Source of the DNA: a virus
Virus record (IMG/VR): IMGVR_UViG_3300025151_004231
Coordinates: 32,001 to 96,000 of that record
Length of the DNA: 64,000 nt
Strand: one strand, 5' to 3'
Translations under genes and position numbers: made by a program
Shown: in pieces, positions 38,924-49,279 of the stretch
Position numbering within the stretch: the stretch's first letter is position 1
Layout: the number at the start of each line of letters is the position of its first letter
The notes under the pieces: generated by a model
The model's database searches: none
What the model saw: the letters and a program-made list of their open reading frames with translations, nothing else
What the model was told of the DNA's origin: nothing

Positions 38924-39333
38924 TATGCTTCCTTGCTAGGGTCCCAAATAGTTAGATTCTTTTTACGCAATCTATTGACCACTAACTTATATCTGCTTTG
39001 TTCTTCTTTCCATTCTTTAAGCCACTTATGACCGTCACGTTCTGCATCAACAAAGATTGCGTTAGTGAATGCTAGTGGAAGCAGAATAGAAATGTGAATG
39101 ATAATACTGACTACAGTATTGTAGTTAAAGTAACCTAAGTAATTAGATGCTAAGAATCCAAACCATACACTCCATACAGTAAACAATACTAACATGAAAT
39201 ATGTTTGTAGACTTGGATCAGGGATCCTGCCGATTGGATTATATTTTACATCCATTACACGTCTCCAAGCATGAACCAAAAACATAACTGTCCTTCTAAA
39301 TAAACTCGGCTTTTTAATTGCTGGTTCTACCAT
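38923..39333 (-). CDS. membrane protein
   Basis: two TM helices; VMDVKYNP; AGGAG RBS. Confidence 0.75.
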   Translation of the reverse strand: MVEPAIKKPSLFRRTVMFLVHAWRRVMDVKYNPIGRIPDPSLQTYFMLVLFTVWSVWFGFLASNYLGYFNYNTVVSIIIHISILLPLAFTNAIFVDAERDGHKWLKEWKEEQSRYKLVVNRLRKKNLTIWDPSKEA

Positions 39334-39342
39334 TTCATTCTC

Positions 39343-39438
39343 CTACTCAATATGATGTCTGATGTATTGTCTTATTACATGCATACCATATGATGCCCAT
39401 GTAACAACTACTAAACTCCAGAACAATATTTCTATCAT
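39343..39438 (-). CDS. 31-aa membrane peptide
   Basis: MIEILFWSLVVVTWASYGMHV...; TTGACA-17-TATTAT ends 5 nt upstream. Confidence 0.55.
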   Translation of the reverse strand: MIEILFWSLVVVTWASYGMHVIRQYIRHHIE

Positions 39439-39480
39439 TACTCATAATACTTGGTTTTGTTGTTATTGTCAAGCATCAAT

Positions 39481-40956
39481 TTACCCATTTACAGAAAAGA
39501 GTTGATCAAACATTGTACCTGCATTGATAGCCCTTTTACCTGAAAATCCTTGTGATCCTGATTGAATCTGCATCCATAGTCTACTATGTTGATCAATCAA
39601 ATCTAATGATTTTTGTCTGTCTTTGAGTGCAAAGATTTCGTCAACGACATCTCCGAATCTTACACTATCAAATGTTTCATTCATTAACATTGCGGGGACA
39701 CACCCTGAGTCATACTTTCTGTTTGCTTCTTGCACTGCAAACATATGCTGATAGACATTGTGTGCCTGTAGCAATGTATAACTGAGTGTGTCCCAACTCG
39801 TCTTGGTTTCTTTACCGTGCTTGTTTAAGAAACCATGACCACGATAACAAAGGTCCTTCATAACCATTGCGTTAGTGACAGGAGAGTCGGCAAACGTTTC
39901 ATGTATGCCCTCTGCTATTACGGCGTCACTAAATTTACGCATATCCTGATCAAAGTCTTTGCTTTCCGCAGTCTTTTCCATAGAGTATGTCCACTTAGTA
40001 TTGTGTTCCATATTAGAGTTAAAGTATGCTAACCCTTTAGCCGCACCAAAGAAAGGACTTGCACAATCAAACGTAATCTGTAAGTTTGGATTGTGATACT
40101 TTCTTACTGCTTTCTGAATATCAGAGAACAGGACAGCATATTCTAAGATAGATGTACCTAAGCAATGAATAAGGTCATGCTTTCCGGGTTCTAACAGTCC
40201 ATCATGTATAATACCAACGATTCTTTTTAAGGTAAGATGTATGTCGATTTTGTTTTGACCACCGAATGCCCAACCATTGAAATGAGTGTCTGGGTACTTA
40301 TTCGGATCGCAATACATCTTCATCTCCTCATACCAGTTATCTGACTGAGTATGATTCAACCCCTGCAAGACATTTAAGAACTTGCAGTTACCATTACGAT
40401 TGTGTATAAAGTAATCGTTGTTGATATGCGTTGCCAGTGCGGCTTCCTCTATGGTTTTTATACCGTGCTTATCATACAGATGTTGATTTTGCACAGTTTG
40501 TGAGGGTATGTCTAAACACATGCCGTAGTCCATATACGTGTCCATCCACGTCAGAACTTTTATACGTTGTTCAAGTGCTTTAGGACAATTCGGATCTTTC
40601 CAGTCAGCAGGCCATTGACCTTTCATAATCTGAAAACCACCCGAGTCGCCTAGCATAAACGTACCCTCTTCTCTATCACGTATGATAGATTCAGCAGGAA
40701 TGTCCTTAGTTACATCTAAGTCTGCATGGCCAGCAGAATACAATCCCCACTTATAAGTGAACAAACCTTCTTTAGAGTTTAAGAAATTCAGACGTTCTAC
40801 GTCTCCGTTGAACCCTGCTGGTATACGTTCTTGTGGGAAATAGTCTTCACCTGAACGTTGCTTACCTAAGCCTGTAATAAAGAAACTACTGACTGCGGGT
40901 AAGAACAGTGCCCAATCCGGCTTATGCTCTTTTGAAAGATCGATTTGTTCTGCCAT
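39481..40956 (-). CDS. TGT/DpdA-like guanine transglycosylase-family protein
   Basis: GDSGGFQI, CLDIP, NVLQG, GWAFGG, IHCLGTS, TFDCASP; queD/queE/folE context. Confidence 0.78.
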   Translation of the reverse strand: MAEQIDLSKEHKPDWALFLPAVSSFFITGLGKQRSGEDYFPQERIPAGFNGDVERLNFLNSKEGLFTYKWGLYSAGHADLDVTKDIPAESIIRDREEGTFMLGDSGGFQIMKGQWPADWKDPNCPKALEQRIKVLTWMDTYMDYGMCLDIPSQTVQNQHLYDKHGIKTIEEAALATHINNDYFIHNRNGNCKFLNVLQGLNHTQSDNWYEEMKMYCDPNKYPDTHFNGWAFGGQNKIDIHLTLKRIVGIIHDGLLEPGKHDLIHCLGTSILEYAVLFSDIQKAVRKYHNPNLQITFDCASPFFGAAKGLAYFNSNMEHNTKWTYSMEKTAESKDFDQDMRKFSDAVIAEGIHETFADSPVTNAMVMKDLCYRGHGFLNKHGKETKTSWDTLSYTLLQAHNVYQHMFAVQEANRKYDSGCVPAMLMNETFDSVRFGDVVDEIFALKDRQKSLDLIDQHSRLWMQIQSGSQGFSGKRAINAGTMFDQLFSVNG

Positions 40957-40963
40957 AATCTTG

Positions 40964-41665
40964 TTATTCATAAAATGTTACTTGATCGAACAATATAATA
41001 TCATCTACAAAATGATCTTTTATCGTTCTCATATACCTAGGATTATTTTTAATTTGAAAATCAATCGTATTCCTAAGTGTTTTATGTGTTGTTCTCTCTG
41101 ATGTATTATATGCAAAATCTCTAATAATTACATCATTTATGGGTGAATGTAATTCTTTTTCTGCAAACCTTCTCATCGTGTCTTCAAAATTCTTATCTAA
41201 TTTAAAGAATACACAATCTTTTGTATCTAAGCCATGTAAATAATCAACTTGAGAACATGTGTGTCTGTCAAACTTTGCAACACCAAATATAAAATCTATC
41301 GTTTCTCTGTTTTGCAAGTTCCATCCTACCTCATGTCCTTTTTCTATAAACTTAGTGTGGTTAACTAAGAATTCTACAATGCCAGAACACCAACGTTCTA
41401 CTGGATCTCGTAAAACAACTATATATTTTTTAGGAGCCCGATGTTTATCAACGTCATTATAATTCCAAGGTTGATTTACCCACTTTAATTGTGCTAGGAA
41501 CTCTGACATAAACGTTGATGCTACCTTGCCTATAGGGATATATGAATAGTGAGTCCCTACAATATCTTGGCACAATCCTTGACGCCTATAGACTCGTTGT
41601 ACATTATCTCCCCGTTTCCAAAACTCGGGCTGTTCCCAGTGAGTGTTGCTACGTTGAATAATCAA
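40964..41665 (-). CDS. sulfotransferase family 2-like protein
   Basis: YIPIGKVAST, VLRDPVERWCS, H..SQ. Confidence 0.7.
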   Translation of the reverse strand: MIIQRSNTHWEQPEFWKRGDNVQRVYRRQGLCQDIVGTHYSYIPIGKVASTFMSEFLAQLKWVNQPWNYNDVDKHRAPKKYIVVLRDPVERWCSGIVEFLVNHTKFIEKGHEVGWNLQNRETIDFIFGVAKFDRHTCSQVDYLHGLDTKDCVFFKLDKNFEDTMRRFAEKELHSPINDVIIRDFAYNTSERTTHKTLRNTIDFQIKNNPRYMRTIKDHFVDDIILFDQVTFYE

Positions 41666-42400
41666 CTACTTGGCTTGTGCCGGCAAGAGATATTCGTAAA
41701 CTGTGTAACCACTGTCTACTGTAATTTGAGCCGCACCCTGATCAGAAATACGTACAGTCTTGTCACCTGGCAAATCCATAATAGACAAGAATACTTTAAC
41801 AGGCCACATCCATGATCTCGTAAGTTCTCCTGTTACAGTAGGTTGAAATACAAAGTTACCTGAGTGAGTTGAAGGATCACCAAAGAAGATTTTAAGATCG
41901 CCATCTTCTGTTTTTGTAGTGAAGTTTAATTCTTCAGCATTTGCTTGTGCCTGCATTTTCAAACGCATGATGCCCGCGACTGTCGGTTCAAATTCTACGT
42001 CCCATTGAGCACCTTTAAAAGTAACGTTTCTTACTTTTTCTTCGATAATTGCTTGTGACATTAAACGATAGTCGTTAACAAAGTCCCCTTGTTTCGTTGC
42101 AAAGTGAATTGCACTAGGTACTTCATTACCATCTTTGTTTGCTTTTGTTACGGAGATTTCAGCACTGTCATCATTATAAACATCAAAACTAAGAATAGTT
42201 TTTAGTTTAGTCAGATTCGGCATACCAAATGTTCCGATAAAATCTGCAACAGGTGCTTTTACTTTGCCTGTTACAATGACAGATTTATCTTCTGCAATTG
42301 CGTGAATTTCAGTTTCTGTATCAGTTCCCACGATCTTTACTAGATCAATGATGCCTAGACTATGCGTGTAACCGATGATGTCTAATAAGTTATCTTTCAT
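41666..42400 (-). CDS. sliding clamp (gp45-like)
   Basis: 244 aa, directly downstream of the polymerase; C-terminal YEYLLPAQ. Confidence 0.65.
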   Translation of the reverse strand: MKDNLLDIIGYTHSLGIIDLVKIVGTDTETEIHAIAEDKSVIVTGKVKAPVADFIGTFGMPNLTKLKTILSFDVYNDDSAEISVTKANKDGNEVPSAIHFATKQGDFVNDYRLMSQAIIEEKVRNVTFKGAQWDVEFEPTVAGIMRLKMQAQANAEELNFTTKTEDGDLKIFFGDPSTHSGNFVFQPTVTGELTRSWMWPVKVFLSIMDLPGDKTVRISDQGAAQITVDSGYTVYEYLLPAQAK

Positions 42401-42486
42401 TTATACTCCTCGTAATGTATTTAGGTAGATATACTGTGTATTATATCTGGATTTATTGTGTAAAGCAAATGTTTTGGACATGCGAT

Positions 42487-45201
42487 TTACCCGAAACTAA
42501 ACAACTCATCAAATGTTGAATTAGTGTCTGTGTTTGCTCGTAAGTCCCATTTAAGAACTCCTAGCAAGTTACTGATCTTTTCATCTACTAAAGTAGACTC
42601 CATCAGATTATCATCGAATGGCAAATCTTTGAACCATTCAGGAAGTCTAAGTTGATCTGTAGGATATGCAATACTCGTATAACCTAACGCATTAGTTTTG
42701 AGTTTACATACTACTACTTTGAATCCATCCATGATCTCCATTGAATAATTGTCATCATGTATTCTTTTAAGTGTGTTCCAATTCATTGCCGCTCTTACGT
42801 GACCCGGCATGTTTGCACGACCAGTCTTAGATTTCTTTTCTAGTTCAGTATAATATGTCAACTTGTTTACAGACTTGGGAGAACCTTTTGTCCAAGAATC
42901 CTGTTGACCTAATGATATCTTAAACTCTTTAATCTTTTCAATGATATCATCACGTTGTTTACCTGATAGTGTCATTTCTAAAACTTCCATTAAAAAGTCT
43001 TGCACATATGCAGGAGTATCTGCTCTCTTTAAGTCTAAGCCCATTGCTTTAACTTTCATCGCACCATCTTTGTCAGTACGTTTGTTTTCTGCATCATAGA
43101 TATTGATTGCATATCTTTTCTTAGTAATAAACAATCCTCTGTCACCACAGACTTCTCTACCACCTTTGATAATCATACCTTTCTCACGTGGGCAATGAAA
43201 TGCTGTCTCCATAAAGCCCGGGAATGATACGTTACATTGATCAGACATACTCTCGTACAAGTCAATAAACGTTTGCTTTTTGTCTTCTAACGACATGTCT
43301 GCTGGAAGATCATTTTTGAGCATGGGCCATGCACTAAAGTAACAAGAGTCTGTATCACCATAAATCATTGAGTCACCTGTGTGATCATACTTGCCAGTCA
43401 TTATCTCATTGATAAATGCTGACATATGTTTAGTGATAGAACGACCTGTAAGTGTTGTACTCTGTCCTATACGTTTATCATAGAATCGACAATGCTCATT
43501 CAAAAGTGCACCATATGCAGAGTTGAGCAAAATTTTACGAACTAACTGACGTTTGTCCCAATACTCAATATCTTCTTTTGTAGTTGCTTCTCTGAGTTTG
43601 CCTTGCATAATCTTACGATCAGAATACCATTTAGACAACAGTCCAGGAATTACACCTTCGACATCTGATCTAAAGATTGTACCATTTGCACTAAGGATGT
43701 AAGGATTATTAGAATCATAAATCATCTTCCATGCTTGTGCGGCACTCATCTGTTCTTCTCTGCCATCTTCGTAATCAATCGTCAGCATTGTTCCGCGTTC
43801 CTGATTCTGAATAGCAGTATATTCTAGTGAACTAAACAGTCCTTCCCATAAGACGGGTCCTTCTACTGGAGCATCGCCCTCTTTATAACGAGGTTTTTTC
43901 TTAGCCAGTTCCAGTCCTTTCTCTTGCATATATTGTTCAGTAAGAGTCTGTCTGACTTGTCCTACGATAGTCTCCGGAGCCATGTTCAATGCACGAATCG
44001 TAGAAGGATATAGTGAATTGATATCAACAGAGCCTATCCATTCATGCAATCCTTTCTTAGGATTCATTACATAAGCACCTGCCGCTTGACCTTCACTAAT
44101 TGTATTGATGTTTTGTCTTATCTTGTTGGGGACTACCATACCACGTTCATGTGCTTCATTCATTACTGCCATTTCAATCATAGCAACTGAGCCCATAACA
44201 GTTGGAAGCAATACAGTATTCTCATGCGCCAGTTGATTAGCAAGTTCTAAGAACTGCAACTTATCATCTAGTTTCTTAAGCAGTAATGTATCCTGTCTGT
44301 TATATTCAATAAATGTTTTAAAGTCTTTGTTGTACAGTTGATCTAGTGACCCTTCATACTCAGTCTTCTTTTCACCAACTTCCATTTCACCAATTGCATC
44401 TAGTTTATAACTATGGCGAGATTCATAGTTGTACTTCTTATAGAGTTGTAGATAGTCTAAGTGAATACGACCAACTAAGTCAAACGTTTCTTCTTCTTTA
44501 CCAAATCGTTCATACTTACGTTTCTTAGGATACTGCCCTAACAGACAAAATCTACGTGTATCATCTTTAGACATCACACGTGTAACACGATTGACCATAT
44601 ACGGAATATCATATCCTTCTGAGTTCCAACCTGACAACACATCTGCATCTTCGATTAAAGAAAAGAATGCATCGAACAATTCTTTCTCTGTTCTGAACAA
44701 CATAGTATCAGGGAACTCTGCGATTGCTTCTTGTGCAGTCTCATACGTCATATGCTTAGGGGGAACTGCAAGACATACTAACTGATCAAGCCAGTCTAAG
44801 TATAGACTAACAGCAGTCACAGGATTGAATGGATCACTTGGAGGAGAGAATCCTCTACTAGGATCAAAGTCTACCTCGATATCAAAGAAACACGTATGCA
44901 GTTTAGGGGCATCAACCTTCAGATAGTTTTCACTAAGGCATCTGAAGACGATCGGAATGTCTGCTTCAAACAGACGTTTCTTACCGTGTATGCGTTTCTC
45001 TTTCTCCCACTCTGCTTGTTTACGTGACGAAAACTTTTTGACAGGCGTGCCATAAAGTGATCGATGTTTGCCCTTAGGATCTTCATAATACAGAACATAA
45101 TTCGTAGGATATTCTTTAAACTCTCTAAGACCCTCAGGAGTACGTTCTACGACATGTATTCGTTCCGCAGACTTATCATGTATGGCATCGACATAACTCA
45201 T
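42487..45201 (-). CDS. family B DNA polymerase
   Basis: FDIEV, WNSEGYDIPY, YNRQD exonuclease motifs; DINSLYPS, KILLNSAYG, YGDTDS, KKRY. Confidence 0.97.
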   Translation of the reverse strand: MSYVDAIHDKSAERIHVVERTPEGLREFKEYPTNYVLYYEDPKGKHRSLYGTPVKKFSSRKQAEWEKEKRIHGKKRLFEADIPIVFRCLSENYLKVDAPKLHTCFFDIEVDFDPSRGFSPPSDPFNPVTAVSLYLDWLDQLVCLAVPPKHMTYETAQEAIAEFPDTMLFRTEKELFDAFFSLIEDADVLSGWNSEGYDIPYMVNRVTRVMSKDDTRRFCLLGQYPKKRKYERFGKEEETFDLVGRIHLDYLQLYKKYNYESRHSYKLDAIGEMEVGEKKTEYEGSLDQLYNKDFKTFIEYNRQDTLLLKKLDDKLQFLELANQLAHENTVLLPTVMGSVAMIEMAVMNEAHERGMVVPNKIRQNINTISEGQAAGAYVMNPKKGLHEWIGSVDINSLYPSTIRALNMAPETIVGQVRQTLTEQYMQEKGLELAKKKPRYKEGDAPVEGPVLWEGLFSSLEYTAIQNQERGTMLTIDYEDGREEQMSAAQAWKMIYDSNNPYILSANGTIFRSDVEGVIPGLLSKWYSDRKIMQGKLREATTKEDIEYWDKRQLVRKILLNSAYGALLNEHCRFYDKRIGQSTTLTGRSITKHMSAFINEIMTGKYDHTGDSMIYGDTDSCYFSAWPMLKNDLPADMSLEDKKQTFIDLYESMSDQCNVSFPGFMETAFHCPREKGMIIKGGREVCGDRGLFITKKRYAINIYDAENKRTDKDGAMKVKAMGLDLKRADTPAYVQDFLMEVLEMTLSGKQRDDIIEKIKEFKISLGQQDSWTKGSPKSVNKLTYYTELEKKSKTGRANMPGHVRAAMNWNTLKRIHDDNYSMEIMDGFKVVVCKLKTNALGYTSIAYPTDQLRLPEWFKDLPFDDNLMESTLVDEKISNLLGVLKWDLRANTDTNSTFDELFSFG

Positions 45202-45824
45202 AGTGCTATTATACTATAAAGTTGTTCTGATTGCAACAGATGAGTCTTAATTCCTGGGTGTTCTTTGTCCAAAGCATAATCCTTAAATGTTAATTTGATA
45301 TGATCTATAAAGTTTTGCATTTCGATCAAGTTAGGTTTTGTTTCTTGTGCGATTTCTGGCACATTGAGAAACGAATAATTTTTTATATTTTTAGAGTTTA
45401 ATATCATTTCTGCATGTTGTATGGCTAACCAATTATTCCAGAACTTTTGTTCTTCACTTGTTTCACCTAACATAACTTTATTAATTTCTATTCTATGATG
45501 TAGTTCTTTAGACTTTGATGTTATCTGAAAGCCTGCATCAATCTTATCAGTCATTAGGTAATTTTCATATCTATCAAAATATGAATATCCTATTACAACT
45601 AAATCATCTTGTTTAAACTCGGTTCGTAAAATATCTAGTAAAATTTGATAATTGCCTGAACCACATGCAGATAAATTTAAACACTCGTAATCTAATTTTT
45701 CTGCTAGTAGATTTGGCCAAGCAAACTTACTAGGTGAATCACCAGGACGTCCATCTCCTATATAACAGTCAGGTAAACTGTGACCATATGTAAATGAACA
45801 TCCAAACGTGACTAGTCTTGGCAT
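45198..45824 (-). CDS. SGNH/GDSL-like protein
   Basis: FGCSFTYG, GSGN, EHPG. Confidence 0.65.
   Translation of the reverse strand: MPRLVTFGCSFTYGHSLPDCYIGDGRPGDSPSKFAWPNLLAEKLDYECLNLSACGSGNYQILLDILRTEFKQDDLVVIGYSYFDRYENYLMTDKIDAGFQITSKSKELHHRIEINKVMLGETSEEQKFWNNWLAIQHAEMILNSKNIKNYSFLNVPEIAQETKPNLIEMQNFIDHIKLTFKDYALDKEHPGIKTHLLQSEQLYSIIAL
45208..45236 (-). promoter_or_regulatory. sigma70-type promoter directly upstream of the polymerase ATG
   Basis: TTGCAA-17 nt-TATAAT, then 6 nt to ATG. Confidence 0.65.
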
Positions 45825-46084
45825 TAAAGAGTTCTGCCAACAGTCTCCAAGATATCATTCAGTTGTTCGTGGTCAGCATTTGTGTCTGTTAGATTGCTTT
45901 TGTATGCAATTCTAATTGCTTTCTTAAGAATAGAAGGCTTGATTTCAAGTTCTTCTGCAATTGCTTTTACAGTATCAGTTAGACCGCCGTTAAGTGTTTC
46001 GATCTCTTGCATTACTGCCATGCCTTCGTTTACAAGTTGCTTCATTTTAGTAACTTGCTCTGGGTTAAAGTATTTACCTGCCAT
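45824..46084 (-). CDS. small dsDNA-binding protein (T4 DsbA/GapR-like)
   Basis: helical; IAEELEIKPSILKKAIRIAYK. Confidence 0.6.
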   Translation of the reverse strand: MAGKYFNPEQVTKMKQLVNEGMAVMQEIETLNGGLTDTVKAIAEELEIKPSILKKAIRIAYKSNLTDTNADHEQLNDILETVGRTL

Positions 46085-46156
46085 TATTATCTCCTATGAT
46101 TATGTAAATCTATGCATATATTATACAGAATAACCTGTATATTGTCAAGGGTATAT

Positions 46157-46957
46157 TTACCCGTTTCTGTCATCATCGTTTTGTTGGATGACATTTTCTA
46201 ATAGAGTGAGTGGTGCTCCCTCTAGTTTAGAATAATATAACAATGCTTTTGTATCTTTTGGAAAACAGTGTCCTCCAAAACCAAACATACCATCTGGTCC
46301 TGGGACTTGCATATGACTGTCTCCTATTCTTGGATCACGTTTTACCATATCAGTAAACTGTTCCCATGTAGTTTCTGCATTGCTTGATTGGTGCAAATGA
46401 AATAATTCATTAAAGAATGATACTTTCGTTGCTAACCAACTGTTAATTGTGTATTTGATTAGACTTGCTGTTGTGAAGTCTGTTTTGAATGTGGGTACGA
46501 TTTTGACTTGACTATGATGAATGTATGCTTGTTCTACTTCGATGCAGTCTTGTAACTCTCCACCTAGTATTTGCATATTTGGATTGATAAAGTCTTCTAA
46601 ACTGTTTGCTTCAGTTAAGAACTCAGGGTTGTATACGAGTCGCAATCCACTAAAAAGTTTCTTAAACTGCGTTAGATGATTGGGAGTGATAGTAGATTTA
46701 ACTACTACAACGTTTGCATAGTCTGTAAATCCAATGTTGAGTAATACTTCACGTACTATGTGAGTATCTACGTCTAAATGTGATTCTTGTTGTGGTGTGG
46801 GTACACAGACAAATATCATGTCTGGATTCCATTCTACTAAATCTTTGATTGTGTGCGAATTGATTGCTGGGTCAACGATAAATTGTTCTGTATCATTAGT
46901 AAAGCCATTGCTGACTGCGGAGCCAACAAACCCTTTACCGATTATGCCTAACTTCAT
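46157..46957 (-). CDS. UDP-glucose/GDP-mannose dehydrogenase family protein (short form)
   Basis: GKGFVG, CVPTP, KST, NPEFL, GFGGHCFPKD. Confidence 0.88.
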   Translation of the reverse strand: MKLGIIGKGFVGSAVSNGFTNDTEQFIVDPAINSHTIKDLVEWNPDMIFVCVPTPQQESHLDVDTHIVREVLLNIGFTDYANVVVVKSTITPNHLTQFKKLFSGLRLVYNPEFLTEANSLEDFINPNMQILGGELQDCIEVEQAYIHHSQVKIVPTFKTDFTTASLIKYTINSWLATKVSFFNELFHLHQSSNAETTWEQFTDMVKRDPRIGDSHMQVPGPDGMFGFGGHCFPKDTKALLYYSKLEGAPLTLLENVIQQNDDDRNG

Positions 46958-47175
46958 ACTTCGCCTTTAATTTTTGCTACAAGATATTCTTGTTCGTAGT
47001 TTGGGTCACCATGATAGACTGGAGCCTTAGCAATTGCTTGATCTACTCTCATTTTGATCTGCCAGAGTTTCTTTTTCATGTCTGAACCCGTGTAACCACA
47101 GTTCCTTTCATTCAACATTTCATACTCTAGTTCCCAAATGATATGTAGTGCTTTTTCAACTTCAGGTAATATCAT
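46954..47175 (-). CDS. hypothetical protein (paralog of 33050..33286)
   Basis: EM...N.GY....K..L..K...D.AIA.AP; promoter ends 7 nt upstream. Confidence 0.7.
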   Translation of the reverse strand: MILPEVEKALHIIWELEYEMLNERNCGYTGSDMKKKLWQIKMRVDQAIAKAPVYHGDPNYEQEYLVAKIKGEV

Positions 47176-47251
47176 GTGTTCTATTGTAATATTTAATACG
47201 ATTAGAGTCAAGCAAAACATTTCCCAAAAGCAATTATTGATAAATAATAGT

Positions 47252-47791
47252 ATGAGAGCCTATCAATTTATCAACGAAACACCGCTTAAAGACTTGGAAA
47301 ATAGACTTCCCAAGATTAAGAGTGATCAATATAACGTAGACGAAAAAGGTAAAATTTACCGCGACGCCAAGCAGGCTGCCAAACAAGCACACAAGGCAAG
47401 AGAAGAATTAACTGCATCTGATCAAATGTTTGATGATGGCTTAAACATTGAAGATGAAGTAACAAAAGCCGCACATTGGATGGGTGACGTTTTAAAAGTT
47501 GAAAACATGCCTAAAGTTAAGTTAAGTTATGATACGCAAGAGGCACAAGATGGGCATCACACAGGTAGACACGAACTCGGTTCTGATGAGATTTGGGTCT
47601 ATGGCAACAGAAACTTAGTTGATATTCTTAGAACAGTATTCCATGAACTAGTTCATATTCGACAAGGAGAAAAAGGTCTAATCACACCTAATTCAAGTTA
47701 CCCAGGATCTCCTATAGAATCAGAAGCAGATGAAATTGCTGGTAAGTATATCAAAATATACGGTGAGCAAAATCATCACATTTTTCAATAA
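47252..47791 (+). CDS. HExxH zinc metallopeptidase-like protein with capsid-targeting-like tag
   Basis: MRAYQFINE; TVFHELVH, E.EAD..AG. Confidence 0.75.
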   Translation: MRAYQFINETPLKDLENRLPKIKSDQYNVDEKGKIYRDAKQAAKQAHKAREELTASDQMFDDGLNIEDEVTKAAHWMGDVLKVENMPKVKLSYDTQEAQDGHHTGRHELGSDEIWVYGNRNLVDILRTVFHELVHIRQGEKGLITPNSSYPGSPIESEADEIAGKYIKIYGEQNHHIFQ

Positions 47792-47996
47792 ACTCCGAAA
47801 CAAATTTACAGAACATCCGCACTCTTTGGGTGAAACATACACGGAACACTTAAGTTGTGCATTGTACTATGGTGTAAGTATGTTATTAACAGGCTTTGCT
47901 GTTATCATACATGCGTTCTTTCCGTTCTTGTTTGTAACAACTGGTAGTGATCTTGCAAAAGAAATCTGCAAGGATGTCAGCAAAAGAGAGTTATAA
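47730..47996 (+). CDS. small membrane protein (DUF6356-like)
   Basis: HPHSLGETYTEHL, IHAFFPFLF; start uncertain. Confidence 0.6.
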   Translation: MKLLVSISKYTVSKIITFFNKLRNKFTEHPHSLGETYTEHLSCALYYGVSMLLTGFAVIIHAFFPFLFVTTGSDLAKEICKDVSKREL

Positions 47997-48662
47997 CTCT
48001 CCCTTTCGTAATAATCGTATAAAATCTTTAGACTTTTGAGTACGTACTCCAGTAACTTGTAAAGTAATACGAGGGTGATGACCTGCGTTTGCAGTAGAGT
48101 GGGGCACGTCTTGCCATCTAAACGTAGTTACATCTCCTGCTTTCCAATGTTCAAAAGTATAGTTACCATAACTAAACCATTGACCGGGTCTCCAATCAGA
48201 TAATTGAATCATGTATCTTTCTACAGTACTTGGATCTTCAAAGTTCCATTTCTCTAATTTATCCATGTGTAAGTTCCATACTTGACCTGGATTCTGTACA
48301 TGAATTCTAGTCATCATATCATCTAAACCAAACTGATCTGCAATTGCTTGTATGCTTGGTGGCACTTCCCAGTTAAGATTACTGACAACATAGTCGATAC
48401 CATAACCTGTCTTTTCTAAGTCATAATCTTCAGTCTTAAATTCATCTTCTCCTCTGACTTTAGATTCTTTTTTAGGGTTGCCTCTCGTACGCCATGTTGC
48501 TTCTTTAGACTCTGCTACAACTTTGTCTAATTCTTCTTGTGTGATGCTACTCAAATCAATTACGCCTACTCTATCGACTGTATCATAGAGAGGATGCATC
48601 AAATCAGGGTCAAAGTGATAATTGCTTCTTTGTTTTAATTGTTCCCAACTGCTTTGTGTCAT
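47991..48662 (-). CDS. 2OG-Fe(II) dioxygenase-like protein
   Basis: LHMD...PHSTAN...RITLQVTG. Confidence 0.65.
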   Translation of the reverse strand: MTQSSWEQLKQRSNYHFDPDLMHPLYDTVDRVGVIDLSSITQEELDKVVAESKEATWRTRGNPKKESKVRGEDEFKTEDYDLEKTGYGIDYVVSNLNWEVPPSIQAIADQFGLDDMMTRIHVQNPGQVWNLHMDKLEKWNFEDPSTVERYMIQLSDWRPGQWFSYGNYTFEHWKAGDVTTFRWQDVPHSTANAGHHPRITLQVTGVRTQKSKDFIRLLRKGEL

Positions 48663-49279
48663 ATGACTTTTATTCCAATATCTTTTAGATTGTAGTCTTG
48701 TTGATATTCTTCTGGTGGCCTATTGATTTTTAATATATCTGCTAAATCTATATTATTTTTAGGACTAATGCCACCATATCTTTTCCATGCATTGACGATA
48801 TCTCTATTTTGATCGTCTACAATCTTACTCATTTCTCTTAAGTTCACATAATATTTATGATAGAGAGGGTATGTAATATCAAAGTGTCCACATCTTACCC
48901 ACCAACCCAAACATGCATCATTATCTCTATGAACTAAAACGATAGGGCAGTCTGGCCAGTTGTCTTTTAGAAAATCTATGTGATGTGCGAACACATGACT
49001 CTTAATAATACGCACACCTTCGCCTGAAAAAGGTCTATCAAACTCTGCTTCACATTCTTCTTTTGTATACTTGTTAATATCACCGAAGAAATCTCCGAAC
49101 TCCATACCTGGATCAAAGTATGCGCCAATATGCATTAAGTCTAGTTGCCCACTAGCATCATGCCAGTATTCTCTTTCTTCACTAGCATCAGTTTGATCTA
49201 TAGAATCACTGTAGTAAATGTTTTTACAAACACTACTCCATTTAGATCCAGGTGCTCCTGCTACAAAAATATATTTCAT
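48659..49279 (-). CDS. P-loop / sulfotransferase-like protein
   Basis: GAPGSKWS, IKSH, VHRD. Confidence 0.55.
   Translation of the reverse strand: MKYIFVAGAPGSKWSSVCKNIYYSDSIDQTDASEEREYWHDASGQLDLMHIGAYFDPGMEFGDFFGDINKYTKEECEAEFDRPFSGEGVRIIKSHVFAHHIDFLKDNWPDCPIVLVHRDNDACLGWWVRCGHFDITYPLYHKYYVNLREMSKIVDDQNRDIVNAWKRYGGISPKNNIDLADILKINRPPEEYQQDYNLKDIGIKVI

Noticed and set aside
42487-45201. Intein or intron in the polymerase
   Set aside because: Normal length, contiguous motifs, no splicing or homing endonuclease motifs
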